A stretch of DNA of 14,345 bases from Candidatus Eiseniibacteriota bacterium (GTDB lineage Bacteria > Eisenbacteria > RBG-16-71-46 > DASYSL01). The stretch spans positions 1 through 14,345 of the forward strand of contig JBKJJJ010000144.1 in NCBI GenBank assembly GCA_046598045.1. The letters run 5' to 3'. Below are positions 1 to 9,809 of the stretch, in pieces. Position 1 is the stretch's first letter, and each line of letters begins with the position of its first letter. A program made the position numbers and the translations under genes. The notes beneath the pieces were generated by a model. The model made no database searches. It worked only from the letters and a program-made list of their open reading frames with translations, and had not been told where the DNA came from.

Positions 1-765
1 CGCCTCGCCGCCGACGCCGAGGGCGCCCGGCTCTCGGCCGAGACCGAGCACCTTCGCAATGCACTGCTGTCCTCGGTCTCACACGACCTGCGCACCCCGC
101 TCGCCGTGATCACGGGCGCTGGCACGAGCCTGCGCGACGATGCCCGCCTCGACGCCGAGTCGCGCCGCGAACTCGCCGCCACGATCGCCGAGGAGGGCGA
201 GCGCCTGAACCGCTTGGTCGCGAACCTGCTCGACATGACGCGCCTCGAATCGGGCGCCATCGCATTGCGCCGCGGCTGGCACTCGATCGAGGAGTTGATC
301 GGCGCCGCGCTCGGCCGCCTCGAGCCCGCGCTCGAGGGCCGCGACCTGCGCATTACCATCGCGCGCGGTACGCCGCTGGTCGCGCTCGACGACGTGCTGG
401 TCGAACAAGCGTTGTTCAACCTGCTCGACAACGCGCTCACGTACTCGCCGCCCTCGAGCCCGCTCGAGATCGCCGCGCGCATCTTCGAATCGCCGCCTCG
501 CCTGGTCGTGAGCGTGGCCGACCGAGGGCCGGGACTCCCCGCCGGACAGGAGGAGCGCGTGTTCGAAAAGTTCGCTCGCGGCGAACGCGCCGGGGAACCG
601 GGCGGCATCGGTCTGGGGCTCGCGATCGTGCGCGGCATCGCGCAGGCGCACGGCGGATCGGTGCACGCGGCCGCGCGCGACGGCGGAGGCGTGGTGTTCA
701 CGCTCGACCTTCCGCTCGTCGGCACGCCGCCGGCCGCGCCCGCCTCGGAAGGCGGCGCCGCGTGA
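1..765 (+). CDS. kdpD: Sensor histidine kinase KdpD, C-terminal part (5'-truncated by window edge)
   Basis: Frame 1 is open from base 1: RLAADAEGARLSAETEHLRNALLSSVSHDLRTPLAVITGA, the KdpD-type H-box. Downstream are RLNRLVANLLDMTRLESG, N-box NLLDNA, G1 DRGPG, F-box VFEKFARG and G2 GIGLGLAI. The TGA stop (763-765) overlaps the next GTG start. Confidence 0.92.
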   Translation, partial: RLAADAEGARLSAETEHLRNALLSSVSHDLRTPLAVITGAGTSLRDDARLDAESRRELAATIAEEGERLNRLVANLLDMTRLESGAIALRRGWHSIEELIGAALGRLEPALEGRDLRITIARGTPLVALDDVLVEQALFNLLDNALTYSPPSSPLEIAARIFESPPRLVVSVADRGPGLPAGQEERVFEKFARGERAGEPGGIGLGLAIVRGIAQAHGGSVHAAARDGGGVVFTLDLPLVGTPPAAPASEGGAA

Positions 766-1490
766 TCAAACCGCTCGTCCTTGTGATCGACGACGAGGCG
801 ACGATCCGGCGCTTTCTCCGCACCGCCCTCAGCAGCCAGGGCTACGAGGTCGTGCTCGCGGCGACCGGCGCCGACGGCCTAGCCCAGGCGCGCATGCGCC
901 CGCCGGAACTGGTCCTGCTCGACCTCGGCCTGCCCGACCTCGACGGCCTCGCGGTGACGCGCAAGCTGCGCGAGTGGACGCAGACGCCGATCCTCATCCT
1001 CTCGGCCCGCGGGCAGGAGGGCGACAAGATCCAGGCGCTGGACGCGGGCGCCGACGACTACGTCACCAAGCCGTTCGCGATGGGGGAGCTGACCGCCCGC
1101 ATGCGCGCCGCGCTGCGCCGCACCGCGCAGGCGACGCTCCCGGGCGGCGCGGGGGCCCCGGGCGCGACCGGAACTCCAGGCGAGGACGGCGTATTCGAGT
1201 CCGGCGACCTGCGCGTCGACCGCGGGCGGCGCGTCGTCACGGTGCGCGGCGGGGAGGTGCGCCTCACCCCGATCGAGTACAAGCTGCTGGTCGCGCTCAC
1301 CCTGCGGCCGGGCCGCGTGCTCACCCACCGCCACCTCCTGCGGGAGGTCTGGGGTCCGGGCGCGGTCGAGCAGCATCACTACCTGCGGGTCTACATGGCA
1401 CAGTTGCGGCACAAGCTCGAGCGCGACCCGGCGCGGCCGCGGCACTTCGTGACAGAGCCGGGCGTTGGCTACCGGTTGCGCGACGACTGA
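762..1490 (+). CDS. kdpE: OmpR-family response regulator KdpE
   Basis: REC domain (VLVIDDE, LLDLGLPDLDG, ILILSAR, ALDAGADDYVTKPF) plus a winged helix with KdpE-typical LTHRHLLREVWG, HYLRVYMAQLRHKLE and TEPGVGYR. GTGA overlap with kdpD. Confidence 0.93.
   Translation: MIKPLVLVIDDEATIRRFLRTALSSQGYEVVLAATGADGLAQARMRPPELVLLDLGLPDLDGLAVTRKLREWTQTPILILSARGQEGDKIQALDAGADDYVTKPFAMGELTARMRAALRRTAQATLPGGAGAPGATGTPGEDGVFESGDLRVDRGRRVVTVRGGEVRLTPIEYKLLVALTLRPGRVLTHRHLLREVWGPGAVEQHHYLRVYMAQLRHKLERDPARPRHFVTEPGVGYRLRDD
1140..1193 (+). repeat. Degenerate 9-nt tandem repeat encoding a Gly-every-third-residue linker in KdpE
   Basis: ccgggcggc gcgggggcc ccgggcgcg accggaact ccaggcgag gacggcgta = PGG AGA PGA TGT PGE DGV. 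Confidence 0.6.
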
Positions 1491-1491
1491 G

Positions 1492-1617
1492 TTGTAAAGC
1501 CGATGGCGAGGTCTAGCTTTTTAGGGGAGCGCACAAAACGTAGGCTTCCTTCAAGACGTACGGTCGGCGCCCAGCGTACAAGGCGTGCATTTCGTGCAGA
1601 ACGTACACCCTCAGAAA
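1492..1617. repeat. Intergenic 9-bp-period CGTAC element, copy 1 (9 core positions)
   Basis: Cores at 1530 CGCAC, 1539 CGTAG, 1548 degenerate, 1557 CGTAC, 1566 degenerate, 1575 CGTAC, 1584 CGTGC, 1593 CGTGC, 1602 CGTAC. Head TTGTAAAGCCGATGGCGAGG...TAGGGGAG and tail ACCCTCAGAAA are both shared with 6833-6914. Confidence 0.8.
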
Positions 1618-1676
1618 TCAGCGCCCCCTCCCCGGCCTGACAATCGGGCCGCCGCGCGGCCCCTCCGCAAGAAACT

Positions 1677-1691
1677 GGTGCATTTTGCACC
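1677..1691. promoter_or_regulatory. Short perfect inverted repeat, possible operator upstream of the redB-like operon
   Basis: GGTGCA-TTT-TGCACC, about 95 bp upstream of the proposed start at 1786 and adjacent to GCCGATAC (1699-1706). Confidence 0.25.
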
Positions 1692-1710
1692 CGACCCTGC
1701 CGATACCCAT

Positions 1711-1740
1711 GCCGAGCAGGAGAAACCTTCCTGCTTCGGC
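1711..1740 (+). other. Stem-loop in the presumed 5' leader of the redB-like gene
   Basis: GCCGAGCAGGA-gaaacct-TCCTGCTTCGGC forms an 11-bp stem with one bulged T. No long U-tract follows. Confidence 0.4.
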
Positions 1741-1785
1741 TTCCGGCGCGCTCCGGACCCGACCGCCCATACGAGGGATCTGCCG

Positions 1786-2405
1786 GTGAGCATCGTCGTC
1801 TCCAGGGAACGCGTCCGTCGTTGGGGTGCGGTCGTCGCGGCTGCCGCCTGGCTGGCCGTCGTCGGCCTCGGCATGAATGTGCTGCTCGACGAGCAAACCC
1901 GCGCGGGCGCCCCGGCCCACCCGCCCGCAAGCTGGCCCGTGGTGACCCGTCTCGCGCTCGCGCCCGAGGGTCCCACCCTGCTCGTCTTCGCCCATCCCCG
2001 CTGCGCGTGCACCCGCGCGACGATGGCCGAACTCGATCGCCTGCTCGCCCGCGTGCCGGGCAAGGTCGCGACCACGATCGTGCTCGTGCTTCCCGAGGGC
2101 AGCGACGCCGCGTGGGGGCGGGGCGCGATCGCCCACGCCGCGGCCGCGATCCAAGGCGCGCGCGTGGTGACCGATCCCGACGGCGCGGAGGCGCGCCGCT
2201 TCGGGGCGCTCACCTCCGGCCAGGCGCTGCTCTATGGCCGGGACGGAAGCCTCGAGTTCGTCGGCGGCATCACGCCCGGCCGCGCGCACGAAGGTGCCAA
2301 CGCGGGCAGTGACGCGATCGTTGCCGCCGTCGCGCACGGCATGGCGCCGCGCGCGATGACAGCGGTGTTCGGCTGCGCACTGAGCGCGCCGGCGCGGGAG
2401 TCCCT

Positions 2406-2409
<4 letters not shown>
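1786..2409 (+). CDS. Membrane-anchored thioredoxin-like protein with CxC motif (resembles proteins annotated 'RedB')
   Basis: GTG at 1786 follows GAGGGA (1773-1778) with a 7-nt spacer, which is a better start than 1585. N-terminal hydrophobic helix WGAVVAAAAWLAVVGLGM, then PTLLVFAHPRCACTRAT, DPDGAEARRFGALTSG, FVGGITPGRAHEG and C-terminal VFGC. Family assignment is recalled, not searched. Confidence 0.8.
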
Positions 2410-5462
<3,053 letters not shown>

Positions 5463-5471
5463 TCCCGCCCG

Positions 5472-6770
5472 CTAGGGAACGAGCAGGATCTTCTGCGCCG
5501 CCGCCACACCGTCCACGACCAGCCGCACGAAGTAGAGCCCGCCCCGCAGTCGCGCCTCACGCCCATCGAACGCGAGCTCGTGCGGTCCGGCCCCGAGCGC
5601 GCCCTCGTGGAGGCGCCGCACCATCGTCCCCCGCGCGTCGAACACCGCAAGCCGAACGACGCGCGCGCGCGGCAGGGTGAACGCGATGCGCGTCGCGCCG
5701 CGGAACGGGTTCGGCGCGGCGGAGAGCCGCAAACCGCCTGTGCCACCCACGCCGCCCACGCCGCCCACGCCATCGCCGACGCCCGCCACCGCCTGGTCGA
5801 AGAAGAACACGCCCACGTCGGCGCGCGTGCCGTCCGGATCGGGCGGCGAGCCTTGGAAGCCCGCGTCGATCGCCGGGCTGCCCGCGGTCAGGTGCGCATC
5901 GCCCGCATCGGCGTCGACGAACGCGGGCGGCGCGTCGAGGTTCTCGAGGATGCCGTCCGTATCGCTCAGCGCGTCGGCCTGCTGCGCGGTCAGGTTCTGC
6001 GCCGACTGGATCACGACCAGGATCGCCGCGATATAGTTCCCGTAGAAGACGTTATTGCGGATCACCGTTCCCGGCCCGCCGAGGGCGCAGATGCCGCGCC
6101 CGCGGTTGAGCGTGGCCGATCCGTTCTCGAAGAAGATGTTGTTGCGGATCACCGGCTCGGCGCCCCCCTCGGCGATCAGCCCGTTCGAGTCGCCGCGGCC
6201 GATGGTGTTGAACTCGACCAGCGCGTTGGAGCTCGTGAGCTGGATGCCGTGCGGGTCGCCGCTCGAGCCCGGCAGCGCGTCGGTGCTGTGCCACACCATG
6301 TTGTGATGGATCCACGGCGTCGAGCTCGGCGCCGCGTAGATGCCCGAGCCCCGCAACACCGCCGCGTTGCCTTCGAGCAGGTTGTGGTCGACCTGCGCGT
6401 TGTCCGACTCGACGCGCACGCCCGCGCCGAGCGAGTCGCGGCCACCCGTGATCGTGAAGCCCGTCAGCCGCAGGTTGAGCGCGGCGCAGCGCACCACCGT
6501 CGATGCCTGCGCCGCATCGAGCACCGAAAGCCCCATGCCCGCGCCCTCGAGCACGACCCCCGGGCGCGTGAGCGCGATCGGGAACGCCTCGCCGTTCGCC
6601 GCCGCCGAGTAGGTGCCGGCTGCCACGCGCACCGTGTCGCCCGGGAAGCTGAAGTTGAGCGCATCGGCGATGCGGGCGTGGTCCTCGGGGACGCGGCGGA
6701 CGCTGCCGGCGAGGGCGGGGGAGGCGAGCAGCAGCGCCAGGAGGAGGCTCATGACTTGAACGTTCGGCAC
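5472..6770 (-). CDS. Secreted right-handed parallel beta-helix protein (DUF1565-like N-terminus) with C-terminal FlgD-Ig-like domain
   Basis: GTG at 6770 follows GGAGG with a 7-nt spacer (alternative ATG at 6752). Signal peptide SLLLALLLASPALA; GDTVRVAAGTYS..GEAFPI; IRNNIF/IRNNVF beta-helix turns; HLTAGSPAIDAG..DPDGTRADVG; C-terminal PNPFRG..FDARG..GLYFVRL. Confidence 0.85.
   Translation of the reverse strand: MPNVQVMSLLLALLLASPALAGSVRRVPEDHARIADALNFSFPGDTVRVAAGTYSAAANGEAFPIALTRPGVVLEGAGMGLSVLDAAQASTVVRCAALNLRLTGFTITGGRDSLGAGVRVESDNAQVDHNLLEGNAAVLRGSGIYAAPSSTPWIHHNMVWHSTDALPGSSGDPHGIQLTSSNALVEFNTIGRGDSNGLIAEGGAEPVIRNNIFFENGSATLNRGRGICALGGPGTVIRNNVFYGNYIAAILVVIQSAQNLTAQQADALSDTDGILENLDAPPAFVDADAGDAHLTAGSPAIDAGFQGSPPDPDGTRADVGVFFFDQAVAGVGDGVGGVGGVGGTGGLRLSAAPNPFRGATRIAFTLPRARVVRLAVFDARGTMVRRLHEGALGAGPHELAFDGREARLRGGLYFVRLVVDGVAAAQKILLVP
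5742..5768. repeat. Three-copy 9-nt tandem repeat encoding a VGG linker before the C-terminal domain
   Basis: gccacccac gccgcccac gccgcccac; on the minus strand it lies within GVGDGVGGVGGVGGTGG. Confidence 0.7.
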
Positions 6771-6801
6771 GGGCGGGCCTCCGGAATGGGTGTGGCGATC
6801 G

Positions 6802-6819
6802 CGCAACGACTGCGTTGCG
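6802..6819. promoter_or_regulatory. Perfect inverted repeat, possible operator or leader hairpin of the beta-helix gene
   Basis: CGCAACG-actg-CGTTGCG, 32-49 bp upstream of the GTG at 6770. Confidence 0.3.
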
Positions 6820-6832
6820 GGCTCCGAGGGAC

Positions 6833-6914
6833 TTGTGAAGGCGGGCGAGGGCCCATGATTTCGTAGGGGTGCGTACGCGACGTACCAAGTGTACGTTTCG
6901 TACACGCTCAGAAA
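6833..6914. repeat. Intergenic 9-bp-period CGTAC element, copy 2 (4 cores)
   Basis: Head TTGTGAAGGCGGGCGAGG...TAGGGGTG; cores 6872 CGTAC, 6881 CGTAC, 6890 TGTAC, 6899 CGTAC; tail ACGCTCAGAAA. Confidence 0.8.
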
Positions 6915-6930
6915 AAGACATACCTCGCCC

Positions 6931-7003
6931 CCGGACGCCCCCGGACGCCCCGGACGCCCCGGGAGCCGCGGGAGCCGCGGGAACCGCGGGCGCCCCGGGC
7001 CCG
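6931..7003. repeat. GC-rich tandem repeat of about 9 nt, 8 units
   Basis: ccggacgccc ccggacgcc ccggacgcc ccgggagcc gcgggagcc gcgggaacc gcgggcgcc ccgggcccg. Confidence 0.85.
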
Positions 7004-7018
7004 GCTCAAGCCCGCGCC

Positions 7019-7048
7019 TTGCGCAACCCACCCCGCCAACGCTATGTT
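7019..7048 (+). promoter_or_regulatory. Putative sigma70 promoter of leuS
   Basis: TTGCGC (7019-7024), 18-bp spacer, TATGTT (7043-7048); about 50 bp upstream of ATG 7097. Confidence 0.5.
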
Positions 7049-7096
7049 TCTGCCCCAAGACAAGCTAGCCGCCGCCCGATCCCAACGGAGTTGCCC

Positions 7097-9754
7097 ATGC
7101 CCGGTCCCGACACGCCCACGCCCACGCCCGACCCCGGCGGAAGCCCGCCCGGTCCCGCCGGAGCCGGAGACACGCCCGGCGGCCAGGGCCACGGGGCGCC
7201 GCGTGGTCGCGACATCTATCCCTTCGACGAGATCGAGCCCCGCTCGCGCAAGCTGTGGGCGGACTTGGGGCTGTTTCGCCAGGACCTGAAGGACACCTCG
7301 AAGAAGTTCTACGTGCTCAACATGTTCCCATACCCGTCGGGCGACCTGCACGCGGGCCACGGGCGCAACTACATCATGGGCGACGTGGTCGCGCGCCCCC
7401 ACATGATCCGCGGGCACCAGGTGCTGGCCCCGATGGGCTTCGACGCGTTCGGCCTGCCGGCCGAGAACGCCGCGATCCAGAACCAGACCCCGCCGGCGAT
7501 CTGGACCGAGAAGAACATCGCCCGCATGCGCGCGCAATTCGACGATTGGGGCGTGGGCTTCGACTGGGACCGCGCGCTGGCGTCGTGCCGGCCCGACTAC
7601 TACCGCTGGACGCAGTGGCTGTTCCTCAAGCTCTACGAGAAGGGCCTCGCGTACCGCGGGTCCGCGCCCGTCAACTGGTGCCCGAAGGACAAGACCGTCC
7701 TCGCCAACGAGCAGGTCGTCGACGGCGAGTGCGAGCGCTGCGGCACGCCGGTGATCCTGCGCGAGCTCGAGCAGTGGTTCTTCAAGATCACCGAGTACGC
7801 GCAGCAGTTGCTCGACGACCTGGCGCTGCTCGACGGCTGGCCGGAGAAGGTCCGCGTCATGCAGCACAACTGGATCGGCCGCTCCGAGGGCGCCGAGGTG
7901 CACTGGCAAGTTGCCGATCCGGCCCCCGGCGATCCGACCGAGCTGGTCGCGTTCACGACGCGAGTCGACACGATCCATGGGGCGACGTTCGTCGTGTTGC
8001 CGCCGGCGCATCCTGCACTCGCGACGCTGGTCACCGACCCCGTGGTCAAAGCACGTATCGATACCCTCGCGAAGGCGCAGGCAAAGCACGCCGCCGAGCA
8101 CTCGTTCGTCGAGCCGGTCAAGGAGGGCCTGGACACCGGGCGCTTCCTGATCCACCCGCTGACCGGTGCGCGCGTGCCGCTGTGGGTGGCGAACTACGTC
8201 GTCATGGGCTACGGCACCGGCGTCGTCCAGTGCGTGCCGGCGCACGACACGCGCGACTACGAATTCGCCCGCAAGTATGGGTTGCCGATCCCGCAGGTGA
8301 TCGCGGCGCCCGCCATGCAGGAGACGTGGGACCCGACGAGCGGCGACAAGCTGCACGACCACGAGGGCTGGGACCAGGTGGGGGAGAACCGCATCTGGGT
8401 CGGCGACGGCGTGCTGGTCGACTCGGGGGAGCATACCGGGCTGACCTCTCCCGAGGCTCGCGCGCGCATCACGGCGGCCCTGGAGGCGAAGGGGGCCGGA
8501 CGTTTCCGCGTGCAGTTCCGCCTGCGCGACTGGCTGGTCTCGCGCCAGCGCTACTGGGGCGCGCCGATCCCGATGGTCTATTGCGACAAGGACGGCATCG
8601 TCCCGGTGCCCGAGTCGCAGTTGCCCGTGCTGCTGCCCGAGGACGTCGAGTTCCGCCCGGCGGGGGAGTCGCCGCTGACGACCTCGAAGACGTTCCTCGA
8701 CACGACCTGCCCGCGCTGCGGCGGTCCCGCCCGGCGCGAAACCGACACGCTGGACACGTTCGTCGACTCGTCGTGGTACTTCCTGCGGTTCCTGTCTTCT
8801 AACGACTCGACGCAGGCGTTTGACACCGCTATAGCCGACCAGTGGCTGCCGGTGGATCAGTACATCGGCGGCGTGGAGCACGCGATCCTGCACCTGCTGT
8901 ACGCGCGGTTCATCACGAAAGTGCTGTTCGACCGGGGGTTGCTGCACTTCCGCGAGCCGTTCAAGCACCTGTTCACGCAGGGCATGATCACCAAGGGCGG
9001 CGTGAAGATGTCGAAGTCGAAGGGCAACACGGTCGCGCCCGACTACCTGATCAAGCGCTACGGAGCGGACACCTCACGCGTCTACACCTTGTTCATCGGG
9101 CCGCCGGAGAAGGACGCGGAGTGGTCGGATGCCGGCGTCGAAGGCGCGTTCCGGTTCTTGAATCGGTACTACCGGATCGTCGAGCCGCGGCTGCCGCTGC
9201 TCGCCGAGTCGCTGAAGCCTCAGCCTGCGCTGGGTGAGAAGGCGACGGCGCTCCACCGCGCGACCCACCACGCGCTCGATCGCGTGACCCGCGATAGCGC
9301 AGACTTCAAGTTCAACACCGCGATCGCCGCGATGATGGAGCTGATCAACAAGATCTCCCTCGACGGGCAGGACGCTCCCGAGGAGATCCAGGCGGGCAGC
9401 GATCGCGGCTGGGCGATGGGGGAGTCGCTGCGCCTGCTGACGATCATGCTGGCACCCTTTGCACCGCACGTCTGCGAGGAGGTGTGGGCCCGCGCCGGCG
9501 GGGGCGCGCGCTCGATCTTCCACGAGGGCGTGCCCGCCGCCGATCCGACCGCGCTGATCGCCGACGTGGAGCTGATCGTCGTGCAGGTGAACGGCAAGCT
9601 GCGCGCGAAGCTCGACCTGCCTGCAAACCTGGACCAGGCCGCGGTCGAGCGCGAGGCGCGTGAAAATCCGAAGATCCAGTCGCTGCTCGACGGCAAGCAG
9701 GTCAGCAAGGTGATTTTCGTTCCCCACAAGCTCGTCAATATTGTGGCGCATTGA
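7097..9754 (+). CDS. leuS: Leucine--tRNA ligase
   Basis: ATG at 7097 follows GGAG (7087-7090). MFPYPSGDLHAGH (HIGH), GFDAFGLPAENAA, VNWCP..TVLANEQV, CP1 TTRVDT and VPAHDTRD, LRDWLVSRQRYWGAPIP, YIGGVEHAILHLLYARF, KMSKSKGN, VQVNGKLR. Confidence 0.98.
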   Translation: MPGPDTPTPTPDPGGSPPGPAGAGDTPGGQGHGAPRGRDIYPFDEIEPRSRKLWADLGLFRQDLKDTSKKFYVLNMFPYPSGDLHAGHGRNYIMGDVVARPHMIRGHQVLAPMGFDAFGLPAENAAIQNQTPPAIWTEKNIARMRAQFDDWGVGFDWDRALASCRPDYYRWTQWLFLKLYEKGLAYRGSAPVNWCPKDKTVLANEQVVDGECERCGTPVILRELEQWFFKITEYAQQLLDDLALLDGWPEKVRVMQHNWIGRSEGAEVHWQVADPAPGDPTELVAFTTRVDTIHGATFVVLPPAHPALATLVTDPVVKARIDTLAKAQAKHAAEHSFVEPVKEGLDTGRFLIHPLTGARVPLWVANYVVMGYGTGVVQCVPAHDTRDYEFARKYGLPIPQVIAAPAMQETWDPTSGDKLHDHEGWDQVGENRIWVGDGVLVDSGEHTGLTSPEARARITAALEAKGAGRFRVQFRLRDWLVSRQRYWGAPIPMVYCDKDGIVPVPESQLPVLLPEDVEFRPAGESPLTTSKTFLDTTCPRCGGPARRETDTLDTFVDSSWYFLRFLSSNDSTQAFDTAIADQWLPVDQYIGGVEHAILHLLYARFITKVLFDRGLLHFREPFKHLFTQGMITKGGVKMSKSKGNTVAPDYLIKRYGADTSRVYTLFIGPPEKDAEWSDAGVEGAFRFLNRYYRIVEPRLPLLAESLKPQPALGEKATALHRATHHALDRVTRDSADFKFNTAIAAMMELINKISLDGQDAPEEIQAGSDRGWAMGESLRLLTIMLAPFAPHVCEEVWARAGGGARSIFHEGVPAADPTALIADVELIVVQVNGKLRAKLDLPANLDQAAVEREARENPKIQSLLDGKQVSKVIFVPHKLVNIVAH

Positions 9755-9809
9755 TGCAGCGACGCTCGATTCAGCACCGCCTGAAGGGGCCACTCGGATC
9801 AGTCGACGG

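Noticed and set aside
1530..1610. CGTAC arrays as a CRISPR array
   Set aside because: 5-bp cores and 4-bp spacers are far too short, and there are no cas genes in the window.
1676..1689. TGGTGC...TTGCA as a sigma54 promoter
   Set aside because: GG-to-GC spacing is 8 nt rather than the required 10.
1585..1785. Upstream extension of the redB-like ORF
   Set aside because: It begins inside the CGTAC array with no RBS; GTG 1786 has an SD and directly precedes the TM helix.
6771..7058. N-terminal extension of the beta-helix ORF to 7058
   Set aside because: The RBS and signal peptide place the start at 6770 (or 6752); the extension is translated repeat sequence.
6869..7096. 76-codon in-frame extension of leuS from GTG 6869
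   Set aside because: It runs through non-coding repeats; a promoter-like element and RBS point to ATG 7097. Stop-free stretches are expected at this GC content.
6908..8968. Long antisense and alternate-frame ORFs (e.g. 6908-8968, 7255-8802, 11801-13648, 3099-4295, 5580-6866)
   Set aside because: Shadow ORFs of high-GC genes; Arg/Ala/Pro-rich with no recognisable motifs, and overlapping well-supported CDSs.
9734..9754. GTCAA...GGCGCAT at the leuS 3' end as a partner dif site
   Set aside because: Arm order and spacing do not fit 11-6-11, and the sequence is explained by the conserved LVNIV C-terminus.
9755..9809. Terminator between convergent leuS and GNAT
   Set aside because: Only a weak 5-bp stem (TTCAG...CTGAA) with no U-tract.
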